A stretch of 64,000 nt of DNA from Promethearchaeota archaeon. Its GTDB lineage: Archaea > Asgardarchaeota > Heimdallarchaeia > Hodarchaeales > Hodarchaeaceae. Each line of letters begins with the position of its first letter. Position 1 is the first letter of the stretch. The notes beneath the pieces are model-generated. The model worked only from the letters and a program-made list of their open reading frames with translations. It made no database searches and was not told the DNA's origin. Below, one piece after another: positions 20,520 through 31,035 of the stretch. A program made the translations under genes and the position numbers. The stretch is taken from positions 209,564-273,563 of the forward strand of contig JBHLMN010000005.1 in the NCBI GenBank assembly GCA_048938105.1. The letters are read 5' to 3'.

Positions 20520-22571
20520 ATGGAACCGCAAAAAACCATACTTTTACTCAATGCAAGTAACCTTAAGACTGCGTTGATGTATCCTTACGCGTTCGTTCAA
20601 GTTTCAGAGATTGCAGACAGATTTGGCATTCATACTGTCCGTAACGATATGTATGGGATTTCAGAAGACCAATGGGAGGCCAATCTACAGAAGTTGCTTA
20701 AAAAAAAACTCTTCGATATGATATTAATTACATTGAGAAACACAGACACCTGTGATTCAAATGATTATCGTAAGCGGTCTAAGAATACTAATTACCACCA
20801 ACAGAATGTTTTTCAACCACCTGAACCACTAAATTATTATCCAATCGACGCTACAAAACTTCTAATTCAAATTCTTCGGAAACTAACTAATATTCCTATT
20901 GTCATTGGAGGATATGCTTTTTCAAAATTATGTTTGGTTATGCCAGAAAGGATAATGAAATACCTCCAACCCGATTATGGTGTCATTGGAGGGCCTGACG
21001 CCTTTTTTAAACATTTTGAAGACATATTAGATAGACAAGATTTAGATCAGATTGCCAATCTAGTCTATTATCATTCAGGGGCTCTCCAAACAGGGCCACG
21101 CCAGTTTTTTCCCCCAGCACCCCGTCGTGAGTATACGGATGAAATCATTGCAGACCGACTGGTTTTCTATTCTAGGTTTCCAGGGGACAATGGAGAACTT
21201 AGCTCTGTTCCCATAGAAGCGGTTCGGGGTTGCGCAATGAAATGTTCATTTTGCTCAGAACCTTTAGTTGAGGGGAGAAAGGTACAACACAGAGATTTAG
21301 ACGTAATCGAAGATGAAATCAACTTTCTTAGGAAGTATCGGTTGAATCAACTGTTTTTTATATGTTCTGAAATTAACACTGACAGTAATGAATATCTGAT
21401 GAACCTCGCAGATCGCATAATTGAAATTAACGAAGAGAGGGAGGAATACGAGAAAATATCATGGTACGTCCTACATCTTATGACTCTCTCTACTGATGAA
21501 TTGAAACACATCAGAAAAGCGGGTTTTCTCGAAGGTTCAAATGATGTTGTTTCTCTGGATGATAACAATCTTGCAGCAACTAAGGCTCCTCTAAGGACTA
21601 ATCAAATCATCAGATTTTTTACTCAAGCAAAAAAACTGGTCAGGGAAGAGTTTAGACAAAATGGGAGAAAATTTTACTCCTTAGAGGAACGTATATTCAG
21701 ATATCCCCAGTCTTTGAACCCTGATGACTTTATGAATGCTTGGAATATCTTTCTCGGAAACATAGAAGTTACCCCCAAAACTATCCGAACCACATTAAAA
21801 AGGGCAGATGAAGCCAAACTTAACCAATTCTTTGATTCTTGTTATGTTAATAAGGCAACAAGATTATACGATTATATACATCCAACTGATGAAATATTAA
21901 AATACACATGGTCATCAGTCAACGGAATAGTCAAAAAATCATATAATGAACTGTATCCTTCTTTTGTATATCCTCCAGCACTTTTACGTCATTTTGGTAG
22001 TGATGAGGTTTTAGAAGAGTTTTTTGAATTGGTAGGAGATACTTACCTCTCGCTCAGACATCTCTTCAAGAAGGATTGGAATTGGTTTTTAGCTAATAAT
22101 CTAGATTCAAAAACTTTCTTATTCTGGTGGAATTCATCAATTGAATCTCAATTTGATTTCAATAACTTTACACAGATACCAGAGGTTCTGGATTTTCTCT
22201 CTTTTCTACGTAATAATCCTTCGGCAAATAATATCAACCTATTCTTCAATCCAACACCAGGTAGAAGGCCCCTAATGAATTTTGCAGCCAATATAGCTGT
22301 ACAATTTGTGTTATTTTCTCAAGAAAAAGATCTTACTCCAATCATGCAGTATCTTGGCTTGCCTCCAAATCTTGAAGCCACTCTGAATCTTTCCCCCTAC
22401 AAAGTTGCGGTGAAGTTCTTTGAACGTTATTCAAATAAAGATGAATTGTATTTAATCATAAATGAAAGTTCATTTAACAAAGCTCTCTCTAGGTTCTTTG
22501 TTGATTACTTGATTTATCTCAATAATATTCCTTTCAAAGCTGAATATCAGATATTTTTTGTCCCTAGTTAA
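20520..22571 (+). CDS. B12-binding-type radical SAM protein
   Basis: RGCAMKCSFC (CxxxCxxC); N-terminal LRNTD/IVIGG region. Confidence 0.85.
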   Translation: MEPQKTILLLNASNLKTALMYPYAFVQVSEIADRFGIHTVRNDMYGISEDQWEANLQKLLKKKLFDMILITLRNTDTCDSNDYRKRSKNTNYHQQNVFQPPEPLNYYPIDATKLLIQILRKLTNIPIVIGGYAFSKLCLVMPERIMKYLQPDYGVIGGPDAFFKHFEDILDRQDLDQIANLVYYHSGALQTGPRQFFPPAPRREYTDEIIADRLVFYSRFPGDNGELSSVPIEAVRGCAMKCSFCSEPLVEGRKVQHRDLDVIEDEINFLRKYRLNQLFFICSEINTDSNEYLMNLADRIIEINEEREEYEKISWYVLHLMTLSTDELKHIRKAGFLEGSNDVVSLDDNNLAATKAPLRTNQIIRFFTQAKKLVREEFRQNGRKFYSLEERIFRYPQSLNPDDFMNAWNIFLGNIEVTPKTIRTTLKRADEAKLNQFFDSCYVNKATRLYDYIHPTDEILKYTWSSVNGIVKKSYNELYPSFVYPPALLRHFGSDEVLEEFFELVGDTYLSLRHLFKKDWNWFLANNLDSKTFLFWWNSSIESQFDFNNFTQIPEVLDFLSFLRNNPSANNINLFFNPTPGRRPLMNFAANIAVQFVLFSQEKDLTPIMQYLGLPPNLEATLNLSPYKVAVKFFERYSNKDELYLIINESSFNKALSRFFVDYLIYLNNIPFKAEYQIFFVPS

Positions 22572-22641
22572 TTCAATTTAGAAGTCCTTTGGCTTAAAAT
22601 GATAAATCCGAAAACTCATTCTTTGGCGTTAAGGTGAGGAA

Positions 22642-22869
22642 TTGAATTTATTAAAAATAGTAGGGGGTCTTATAATCATATTAGGTGCTTGTATCACTTT
22701 AATAAGTCCCTTTATTTTGCTTGTTGGTCTCGGTATGTTAGAAAATACATCTGATACTTTTTTAGGATTTGAAATAACTCAATTCACTGGAATTGTGTTA
22801 GCAGGAGTGGTATTCATTGTTGGAGCTATCATAGTCCTCATTGGAAAAGGCCTCTGGGGACGAGAATAA
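22642..22869 (+). CDS. Small 2-TM membrane protein
   Basis: GGTGAGG SD before TTG; two hydrophobic helices. Confidence 0.65.
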   Translation: MNLLKIVGGLIIILGACITLISPFILLVGLGMLENTSDTFLGFEITQFTGIVLAGVVFIVGAIIVLIGKGLWGRE

Positions 22870-23035
22870 TCTCTATCTCTAAGAAACGTTTTCTAGAATA
22901 ATTCCATTAAGACCAGAGACTCAGGGGACAAAATCTTTGTTAATGTTATTTCAAGGCATATAAAATACAAATATGTACATAATATTGATTTTTAAAGTCC
23001 GTTTTGATTAGTAAAATACATCACTTATTAATTAA

Positions 23036-24250
23036 ATGAATAAAGAAGGGTTAATGGTGGAGAAAACTGAATCAAATTCTTTTGAGATTTTTCCTTACAG
23101 GTGGATTGTGTTAGTACTTTTTATGTTTGTTGGGATTCTTACCCAAATTATCTGGATAACCTTCGCACCAATAATGAATGAAGTAACTAGTTATTATAAT
23201 GTAACTAGTGACGCTATTTTGTTACTAGCTGCTAGCTTTATGATTCTCTATATTCCAGTGAATTTCCCTGCTTGTTGGTTAATAGATAAATACGGTTTAA
23301 AATGGGGAACTGGGATAGGTGTCATACTCACAGGTATTTTTGGCTTTCTAAGAGCATTTACAGGGACTAATTTTCTCTTTCTTTTATTTTGCCAGATAAT
23401 GGTAGCTATTGGTCAACCTTTCGTTTTGAATTCATTTACAAAAGTTGCTGTCAACTGGTTCCCCGAGGAAGAGAAGGCTACTGCGACTGGTTTAGGAACT
23501 ATGGCATTATTTATCGGGATAATAATTACGATGATTGCTACTTACCCCCTTTATGCGTTAAATGGTATAGAATTTGTATTACTCGTCTATGGATTGTTGG
23601 CCTTGATTTCAATGATACTATATCTGTTATTTGTGAAAGATAAACCCTCACAACCACCCAATCCATATTTTCGGGAAAAAACGTTCCAAACTAAAGGAAT
23701 GAAGAATTTATTCAAAAATAGAGATTTCAACTTACTCATCTTTCTATTTTTTGCTGGTTTAGGAATATTCAACGCTTTATTGAGTGCTATTGATGATATT
23801 TTCATTAGGTTCTCTCCTGATACTGGGATAATTGGGGGATTGATCATATTGGGTGGAATTTTTGGTGCAGTTATCCTTTCTTCTCTATCAGATAAATTCG
23901 GTAAGCGTAAAATCTTTTTGAATGTTGCTTTGATTGTAAGTACACCTTTAGTACTTCTCCTAGGGTTTACTGGTTCTGAGGATTTTATATTAACAGTAAT
24001 ATTAGCTTTTATCTTTGGTTTCATATTAGTACCGGCATTACCCGTTGGATTAACGTATGCAGCTGAAATAACCCATCCTGTACCAGAAGAAAGCTCCAAT
24101 GGTGTGTTAATGATGTTTGGTCAGTTAGGAGGGATAATATTCCTAATTATACCAGAAATGATTCTATTTGCAGCTGTCTTTGGAATAGCAGCCATTTTGA
24201 GCCTTTTAATGAAAGATTCAGATGCCTATCAGGTGAAAAATGACCAATAA
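23036..24250 (+). CDS. MFS transporter (FLVCR/SLC49-like)
   Basis: YRWIVL, WITFAP, GQPF, WFPEEEKATA, AEITHPVPEESSNG. Confidence 0.9.
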   Translation: MNKEGLMVEKTESNSFEIFPYRWIVLVLFMFVGILTQIIWITFAPIMNEVTSYYNVTSDAILLLAASFMILYIPVNFPACWLIDKYGLKWGTGIGVILTGIFGFLRAFTGTNFLFLLFCQIMVAIGQPFVLNSFTKVAVNWFPEEEKATATGLGTMALFIGIIITMIATYPLYALNGIEFVLLVYGLLALISMILYLLFVKDKPSQPPNPYFREKTFQTKGMKNLFKNRDFNLLIFLFFAGLGIFNALLSAIDDIFIRFSPDTGIIGGLIILGGIFGAVILSSLSDKFGKRKIFLNVALIVSTPLVLLLGFTGSEDFILTVILAFIFGFILVPALPVGLTYAAEITHPVPEESSNGVLMMFGQLGGIIFLIIPEMILFAAVFGIAAILSLLMKDSDAYQVKNDQ

Positions 24251-24545
24251 CTTGTTTTAACCTAATCCATTTCTGAATACTCGGATATGTGTTTGATAGC
24301 CAAATCCCTATAATAATGGTTAAAATGAGAATAAAATGATTTAAATGGCGATTATTGAAGAAACAAAACAACTGGAAAAGATAATTTCTAATACTAGTTA
24401 TTTAATCGTTTTCTTATAAAAAAATATATAATTAAGAATATATCTCATCTCAAATAACCTTTTAGAATCAATATACTCAACCAATCCTAGATGAGATTAA
24501 AAAAGAAATACATTAACAAGCATTCATCTTTTCTCCGTTAAATTA

Positions 24546-25772
24546 GTGATAACTTATGGGGCTGCCTTCGTGAGTTCTAAAAGAGTCAAATCTCGCTCTA
24601 ATGAAATCTTAACCTTAGCTTATACTTTTAAAACTTATACAAAACGATTTAAGCGATCCTTCTACATGATTCTTGACCGAAAGAATCCTATACAGCTAAA
24701 ACAATTCCCAGATGAATTTCTCAATGCATTTAATAATGTAAAAACCCCTGGAGTTGCGTTAAAACATTATTATAAGTTAATTTTACTGTTATTCTTAGCT
24801 AGAAATGACTTCACCGATTTAAGTAAAAATGAAATCGATGTAATTTTCACGGAGGTTGGAGTTGAATTATCAATAGATGTGTGGAAGAAATTAACAGGGC
24901 ACCTAAGCAATAATTCTGACAATCTTATATACAAAATGAGGTTGGGGAAAGACACCAGATTATTATTTTCCTCTAATAAAGATTTAATTAAGATAATGGA
25001 GAGATTAATTTCAAATTCTCAATCTAGTGAACCTCCTCACGACTATTCATTAGCAATATTTAGTAAAACGGCTCCTAAGGATAAGAATAACGTTGATTAT
25101 TGCTTAGATTTTTCTAACTATTTCAAAACAGGGATGCCTTCAGAGGATCAATGGTTAAGCATTGAGGATGAAATAACGACAGCAATTGAAAATATCTATG
25201 AAACTCATTTTGACACAACCCTTCTATTAAAAGAATGTAAGCCTCATACTTCTCTTGCTTTCATTCTAGGCCATTCGGTTAATTATTTTGAAAGTCTAAA
25301 GTTATTTATTTATCAGAACGGTCAATATTGGGAATACGAAAAGATAAATGAGAATATTTATGCCTCTAATCACTGGACTCTTTCTACTAAATACAGAAAA
25401 CCTGTAAATGAAGATGAAATAAACGTCATGATAAGTGTTAGTGACCCAATTATACGATATGTTGAAAAATACCTTCAAAAAGATAAAGAAAAGACAAAAT
25501 TCACAATTCACTTTTCAATCAAACCAGAACCACAAGTAAACAGTATTACTGATCAAAATGATGCGTTGAAGAAAATTGATGCTATTTACACATACCTTAC
25601 ACGGCTTAAAGCAAAAATCCCTTATATAAAGATTCACCTATTCTTATGGGCTCCTGTAGCTTTCATAGTATTACTTGGAATGAGACTTGCCTCGGTAGCC
25701 CGGGTTCAATTATATGAGTTTGACCAAAAAGCAGGAAATTTTGTGCCTAGCATTTTACTAGATCGATATTAA
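24546..25772 (+). CDS. SAVED-domain protein (probable start 24666)
   Basis: C-terminal PHTSLAFILG, IHLFLWAPVAFIVLLGMRL, VQLYEFD, FVPSILL match the SAVED pattern. Confidence 0.8.
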   Translation: MITYGAAFVSSKRVKSRSNEILTLAYTFKTYTKRFKRSFYMILDRKNPIQLKQFPDEFLNAFNNVKTPGVALKHYYKLILLLFLARNDFTDLSKNEIDVIFTEVGVELSIDVWKKLTGHLSNNSDNLIYKMRLGKDTRLLFSSNKDLIKIMERLISNSQSSEPPHDYSLAIFSKTAPKDKNNVDYCLDFSNYFKTGMPSEDQWLSIEDEITTAIENIYETHFDTTLLLKECKPHTSLAFILGHSVNYFESLKLFIYQNGQYWEYEKINENIYASNHWTLSTKYRKPVNEDEINVMISVSDPIIRYVEKYLQKDKEKTKFTIHFSIKPEPQVNSITDQNDALKKIDAIYTYLTRLKAKIPYIKIHLFLWAPVAFIVLLGMRLASVARVQLYEFDQKAGNFVPSILLDRY

Positions 25773-26033
25773 CCTTTATTTTTCAACAAATGCCATTAAA
25801 ACACCGTTTGAATTCCTAAAGATGGTTAAATCTAATTTCTTGTATTTTTCGCACAATGTCGCACTTTCATGAACTTGAAAGAATTAGCTTATTTTCTCTT
25901 GAAAAGTAATTTAATAAGTTTATTTTCCATTTAAGTTACTAATTTAATTTATTTTATAGTCTTAAAGTTGCACTTATTTGCACTGCTTGTTTAAAACCAT
26001 AAAATTTAAATACAATTCCGAAAAAGAATATCC

Positions 26034-26055
26034 TTGACCATAAATCAATGGTCAA
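26034..26055. promoter_or_regulatory. Perfect inverted repeat TTGACCAT-N6-ATGGTCAA upstream of two micro-ORFs
   Basis: Seen directly. Confidence 0.5.
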
Positions 26056-26083
26056 TATAAGTTTGACTACAAAGGTGAAAAGC

Positions 26084-26146
26084 ATGACAGAAAAAGAGAA
26101 GAAACCAAAAACTAAAAAACCCCGAGCTAAGAAAACAAAGAAATAA
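26084..26146 (+). CDS. 20-aa Lys-rich micro-protein
   Basis: AAGGTGA SD; MTEKEKKPKTKKPRAKKTKK*. Confidence 0.45.
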   Translation: MTEKEKKPKTKKPRAKKTKK

Positions 26147-26192
26147 CTTGATAAAATCTTAGTAAAACAACTAATAGAAAAAGGTGAAAGAT

Positions 26193-26315
26193 ATGAAGAA
26201 AGCTCCAAAGAGGAAAGTTCCTCAGAAGAAACCAATCTATGAAGAAGAGGAAGAAGAGGAAGAAGAGGACTGGGAAGACGAAGACGACGAAGATTGGGAT
26301 GATGAGGATAATTAA
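26193..26315 (+). CDS. 40-aa basic-then-acidic micro-protein with Trp-containing acidic tail
   Basis: AAGGTGA SD; MKKAPKRKVPQKKPIYEEEEEEEEEDWEDEDDEDWDDEDN*. Confidence 0.6.
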   Translation: MKKAPKRKVPQKKPIYEEEEEEEEEDWEDEDDEDWDDEDN

Positions 26316-26344
26316 CCTTTTACATTAAAATAGAATATAATACT

Positions 26345-26378
26345 AGGTGATTTTCCCTCTAATAAAGGGAAATCACCT
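26345..26378. terminator. Hairpin downstream of the micro-ORFs
   Basis: AGGTGATTTTCCCT...AGGGAAATCACCT, 13-bp stem with a 1-nt bulge. Confidence 0.5.
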
Positions 26379-26557
26379 TTAATTCTCAAATAAAAGTTTT
26401 TTCAAGTCCCTCAATTATTTTTATAATATCATACTCTTTTTCTGGTAAGATCGAAGACATTATCTCTCCTAATATCTCATCAAGACAATTAGAATTTATA
26501 TTCACATTCAATCGCTATTGATAGTCCTATTTTCTATCGTTATTAATTCATTTTGAA

Positions 26558-26764
26558 TTAGATTGGTGGTTTTGAATCTTTTCGAGACTCAGTTGCGGGT
26601 TTTCCCTCAATACCCCAATGAGCTTTAGGGATTTCGTGAATAATGACTTCAACGGCATGAGAGGGAATTCCAATTTTTACGAAGACATTCGTAATACCTT
26701 CAATTATTTCCTTAATTCTCTCTTCAGAGAATCCTTTCCAAATATGGACATGGATAATAGGCAC
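26558..26764 (-). CDS. 4-oxalocrotonate tautomerase family protein
   Basis: N-terminal Pro, PIIHV...VEVIIHEIPKAHWGIEG. Confidence 0.9.
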   Translation of the reverse strand: MPIIHVHIWKGFSEERIKEIIEGITNVFVKIGIPSHAVEVIIHEIPKAHWGIEGKPATESRKDSKPPI

Positions 26765-26916
26765 ATTACATCACCTCATCAAATTTGTTATTCGTTATTG
26801 ATCTAAGATTCTTTTGTTTTTGCTTTATCTTTTTTGATTTCAATAATATTTAAGACTTTAGACCTTATCAGGAACAAAGAGACAAACAATGATTGAAAAA
26901 TTATTTTTATTTGCCA

Positions 26917-26941
26917 ACTTCGCAAAAGGCTGGATTAACAC
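26917..26941 (+). repeat. Intergenic cassette-boundary site
   Basis: ACTTCGCAAAA-GGCTGGA-TTAACAC. Confidence 0.9.
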
Positions 26942-27415
26942 TTTAAAAATCTTATAACACTAAATTTTGTTGGTTACATCTAATACTGTTCCCTTCATTA
27001 TGGACAAATATTCCTAACGGAATATCAATCAATAGATGTCAACCCCCAAATTTAATATGTAAAATGCCAGTACTCCAATCCAACTTATATACGAAAAGAC
27101 GGATAACCATTCAATGAAGGGAATAATTGCATCAACAAATAAGATCCCTAGAAAAAATCCCAGAGAATGAGTTTGATAGTTATTTTAGCACATTAAAAAT
27201 CCCCTATTAACAATTCTTTTTTATAGACAAAGAATCTCTCTCTACAGTTAATTCTAGGCACAAAGAAATCAAGGAACTATTATTCAAATCGCATGAAAAA
27301 CATAAAACAATGGTAGATATAATTAGAAATTCGACTCATCTGGCCATTTTTGGAGCATTTCCGATGGATTGAGAAAATAATGTAAGAATCCCCCAAATAT
27401 ACACAACAACATCAA

Positions 27416-28366
27416 TCAGATTGCCCAATTATCTGTTGCATTTTTATAATTAGGATCATCCCAATTATTTGTGGCAGGAAAATTGACATAAGAAGGAAAA
27501 GGCGGCCAATCCGATTTGGGATTGAAATCAGTTCGTATGATCTTTCCTTTGTTCCAAAAAGAATGAAACTCATCTGAATAATAACCTGTAACAAACATTG
27601 ATTCTCGCTCTAATGAAGGATAATAACTCTCTTTTTCACGGTCATCTTGATTAAACGCAACAAAACATAATGGCTTGATGAGCTGCCCCTCAATCTCTCC
27701 TGTTTGATAGGTTTGACGAGTATGCATAAGAGAAATCCCATAATCATCTACAATTGGTAATAATTCTTCAATTATGTCAGGAAACACATGAAAACTCATA
27801 AGAACTATAATAATCCTTCCTCTTAATTCACCAATTGTTGGCCAAGTGCTTCCAGACACACCGTATTGTTCTAGATATTCTTCCTTGGTATAAAGCTTTT
27901 CCCGCCTTCTGGGCTGTTTTCTCAATTCAAGTGCGTTGGCTATTTGCTCATTAAATCGAATAAGGCCGTATCTTGTGTGAGGACGATTATTTCTACCTTG
28001 GAGATCCCTTTTTATATCCAAAAAAATAGTGATAGGTACATGATTTGGTTTGCTTTTTGACCAGTTATATATTACTTCTAACCAATCTTGAAAATTATTA
28101 TTCCGTGGATTGCCAGGAGCTTTATGATTTACTTCATGTCCAGGGGTCCAATGTCCGACCTTAAAGTTACCTTTACCACGAAAAAGTTTCAGAAGAGTTA
28201 AAAATCTCTTTATTCTCTCAAATAGCGTCCAACTATCATGAATGTCTAGCTCAAAGCCTCGGATTCCATAATCAAGCTGACGTATTAATGACCACCGATA
28301 GGAATTATGGGTTGTCATAAAAATGCTTTTATTATAAGGTTGATTATCAGATATTCCATCAGTCAT
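27416..28366 (-). CDS. PI-PLC X-domain-like phosphodiesterase
   Basis: THNSY, QLDYGIRGFELDIH, HVPITIFLDIK, WPTIGELRGRII. Confidence 0.85.
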   Translation of the reverse strand: MTDGISDNQPYNKSIFMTTHNSYRWSLIRQLDYGIRGFELDIHDSWTLFERIKRFLTLLKLFRGKGNFKVGHWTPGHEVNHKAPGNPRNNNFQDWLEVIYNWSKSKPNHVPITIFLDIKRDLQGRNNRPHTRYGLIRFNEQIANALELRKQPRRREKLYTKEEYLEQYGVSGSTWPTIGELRGRIIIVLMSFHVFPDIIEELLPIVDDYGISLMHTRQTYQTGEIEGQLIKPLCFVAFNQDDREKESYYPSLERESMFVTGYYSDEFHSFWNKGKIIRTDFNPKSDWPPFPSYVNFPATNNWDDPNYKNATDNWAI

Positions 28367-28469
28367 TAGTTTTCACCTTTAAATCTTAGGAATGGATGAA
28401 AGATAGATATAATACATTACATAGCACTTTATAATATCTTCGCTTATCTTATGAATAGACTTCTCCTTC

Positions 28470-28859
28470 TTAGCTGCCAACATAAGCAACAACATCAATT
28501 TGGATTAATATCCGATCATCTAAAAAATCAGTAATGAAAGTTGTTCGTACGGGAAAATCAGTTTTAAATTGGTTCCTGTAGATGCTAACCATCTTTCTGA
28601 AATCTTCTTTGTTCTTTATTAGAACTGTCGTTTTGATAACATCATCGAGAGATGCATCCGCATGAGCAAGAGACTTTTTTAATTCTTTGAATGTATATTC
28701 TGTCTGGGATTCAATATCTGTAAGTAATTTCCCTTCTTCATCTACTATTGCACCATGATAACTCGTATAAATGAAATTCCCTGCCTTAACATATGTACAA
28801 TGGGTGAATCCAGTTTCTGGGTGTAAATTAACAAATTTTACTTCTCCTTTATCCGTCAT
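28470..28859 (-). CDS. RidA/YjgF family protein
   Basis: VKAGNFIYTS, DDVIKTTV, FPVRT, IQIDVVA. Confidence 0.9.
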   Translation of the reverse strand: MTDKGEVKFVNLHPETGFTHCTYVKAGNFIYTSYHGAIVDEEGKLLTDIESQTEYTFKELKKSLAHADASLDDVIKTTVLIKNKEDFRKMVSIYRNQFKTDFPVRTTFITDFLDDRILIQIDVVAYVGS

Positions 28860-28945
28860 TTTTTGAATATCTCCTTCGTTTTTGATAGTATAACTATAAT
28901 GTTGGTCATCACCTTGATAGAGCAGGTTTTATTAAACTAACGAAT

Positions 28946-30076
28946 TTATTTCATGATTACATCATTAAGTTCTTGAAGAAAGGAATCAAGAAATTGCTGC
29001 ATCTCTGGTCTGGGTTGTGACTGAGTGATAGATGTCCCCAGTGGTTGAAATTGATATTTTTGTATTGATGTTTCTATAATAAGAAAGGGATAATATTCTG
29101 GCGTATGACCTAGCATATCCCATCGAATATTGGTGATTTGATACTTAGAAATAGTTTTAAAACGGTTGAATTTCCAGAACTCTCTTCCGACGTATATTTT
29201 ATCATTCTTTACGATTATCACAAATCGAGAGAGAAGAATTACACAAACCAAGGTTGTAAATATAATCCCAACTGTACTGACTCCTAAACCTAATGTAAAG
29301 GAAAAATTATGCTGAAAAGCTGAAATTAACTCTGTAATAAAGAAGAAAAAGAAGGCAATGACAATTATAGGACTAACTATTCTTGGAACATAACTTTTGT
29401 TTATAGGAGAACTAACAACGATTTTCGTTTGACTTGAAGATTTCTTAGTTTCAAACGAGAACAACATGGGCCATTCTCGTTTTTGTCGTATTGTTTGGTA
29501 GAGGCCAAAGAAAAATGAGCCTACTAAGGCAAAAAATCCACAAATCACGGTAATTAACCACGGGATAACCAGAATTCCCGCATCAAATCCAAGAACACGT
29601 TGATTTCTACAATACAATCTTAAATAGGTAGGACCTTGAGTTGGTTCAACAATCACTTGGGTAACTAACGTATAGTTTCCTGATTCTTCAACTTGGAATC
29701 CCTCTCCCAAAGCGGGATAATAGAAAGCAGGAGAATCAGGGTCCATTTCATATTCTAGCTCCTCCCCCACGAGAAGGGCAGAGAATATTACTTCTTCTCC
29801 TCGTAGAATTGAAATGTTAATAGTTTCATCCCCAGACCAAGTTATAACTTCAAAATCATAATACCAGTCTTTCTTGAGGTTCATTGGATAAGTCTTTGTG
29901 CCTTTAGTGGGTAGAGAATAGTTTATCTCAGTTGTTTGAACAGAAACAAACATGAGAACAAGCCCTCCGAAAAATAACACGAGGTAGATTGTGATTAATG
30001 TTAACCTTAACCTCAAATGAACTATTTGTCTCCTTTCAATACTATACAACAAAGATATTGCTCTGAATTCTATCAT
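28946..30076 (-). CDS. Hypothetical membrane protein
   Basis: About 4 TM segments with an extracellular beta-rich domain; start uncertain. Confidence 0.7.
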   Translation of the reverse strand: MIEFRAISLLYSIERRQIVHLRLRLTLITIYLVLFFGGLVLMFVSVQTTEINYSLPTKGTKTYPMNLKKDWYYDFEVITWSGDETINISILRGEEVIFSALLVGEELEYEMDPDSPAFYYPALGEGFQVEESGNYTLVTQVIVEPTQGPTYLRLYCRNQRVLGFDAGILVIPWLITVICGFFALVGSFFFGLYQTIRQKREWPMLFSFETKKSSSQTKIVVSSPINKSYVPRIVSPIIVIAFFFFFITELISAFQHNFSFTLGLGVSTVGIIFTTLVCVILLSRFVIIVKNDKIYVGREFWKFNRFKTISKYQITNIRWDMLGHTPEYYPFLIIETSIQKYQFQPLGTSITQSQPRPEMQQFLDSFLQELNDVIMK

Positions 30077-30388
30077 ATCGAATGATTTTCTATATTCCAG
30101 TAGATTTCATCCAAGTGATTACAGCATTAAAGTAAAAAAAACATATAAAAATTTTCCTCCCTCTTCAAATTAAGTAGTCTACCTAGAAATAAAATCTGAA
30201 AAATAAATTTTGGTGTAAAGCTTAAATAACACTTTATAATAGTGAAATATTTGGATATTTTAACTAAACAAGAAAATATTTCAAAGAGCACCCTAATCCT
30301 AATGGAAGTAGTCCAATGGGATGAAATAATAAGTCGAATATGACATCTACCATATCCTTGTAAAATTCTTAATATAGAGTGAAAAAAC

Positions 30389-30892
30389 ATGTTATTTAGT
30401 AATATTTCACAAAAAAATAGCTCTTGCGATCCTGTTTCTACTAGTTCTGGCGTTGGGACTCTGGGGTGGTGTAATAAATTTCTTTGATAGAGCGGTTACA
30501 ATCGATCTACTCAAAGATAGAATCAGATTCCTTGGAATTGGACTGGTTATCGCAGGCATCACAGAACTCATTTCTCTCAAAGACTGATGGATTATACTCA
30601 CCGATTGGCCCTCTAGAACCATTTTATTCAGTTTAAATGCTATCCTCCAAAGACGTTGAGTATCTATGAAGAGTTTCCTGTCATAGTTTGAGGTAAAGAT
30701 AGATACCAATCGAACTGAGATAATAATAGAGCAACGCTCATGATAGGAGGAATACATACTAAGGATGCGAATGTGGGAAATGCAGTCTTAGAACCAGGTG
30801 TTAATCTGAAACATGTGATATTACTCTTCCTCTTCGGGGTAACATTTACAATCGCGGGACTTTTCTTTCTTTTTTCACTCTTGACAGGATGA
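30389..30892 (+). pseudogene. Frameshifted/stop-interrupted membrane-protein remnant; paralog of 20166
   Basis: MLFSNISQ [A7 tract frameshift] IALAILFLLVLALGLWGGVINFFDRAVTIDLLKDRIRFLGIG... followed by stops. Confidence 0.6.
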
Positions 30893-31035
30893 TAAAAATT
30901 AGCAGATTGAACAAGATCGAACCCCATTTTTCTCTTAACAGGTGAGTTAATGTTTTTTTAGAGATTCTAGTGGGAAATATATCTCATTAGTTAATCTCTT
31001 TTTCCAGTTAACGAGTAAATTGGATTGGGTTTCGC

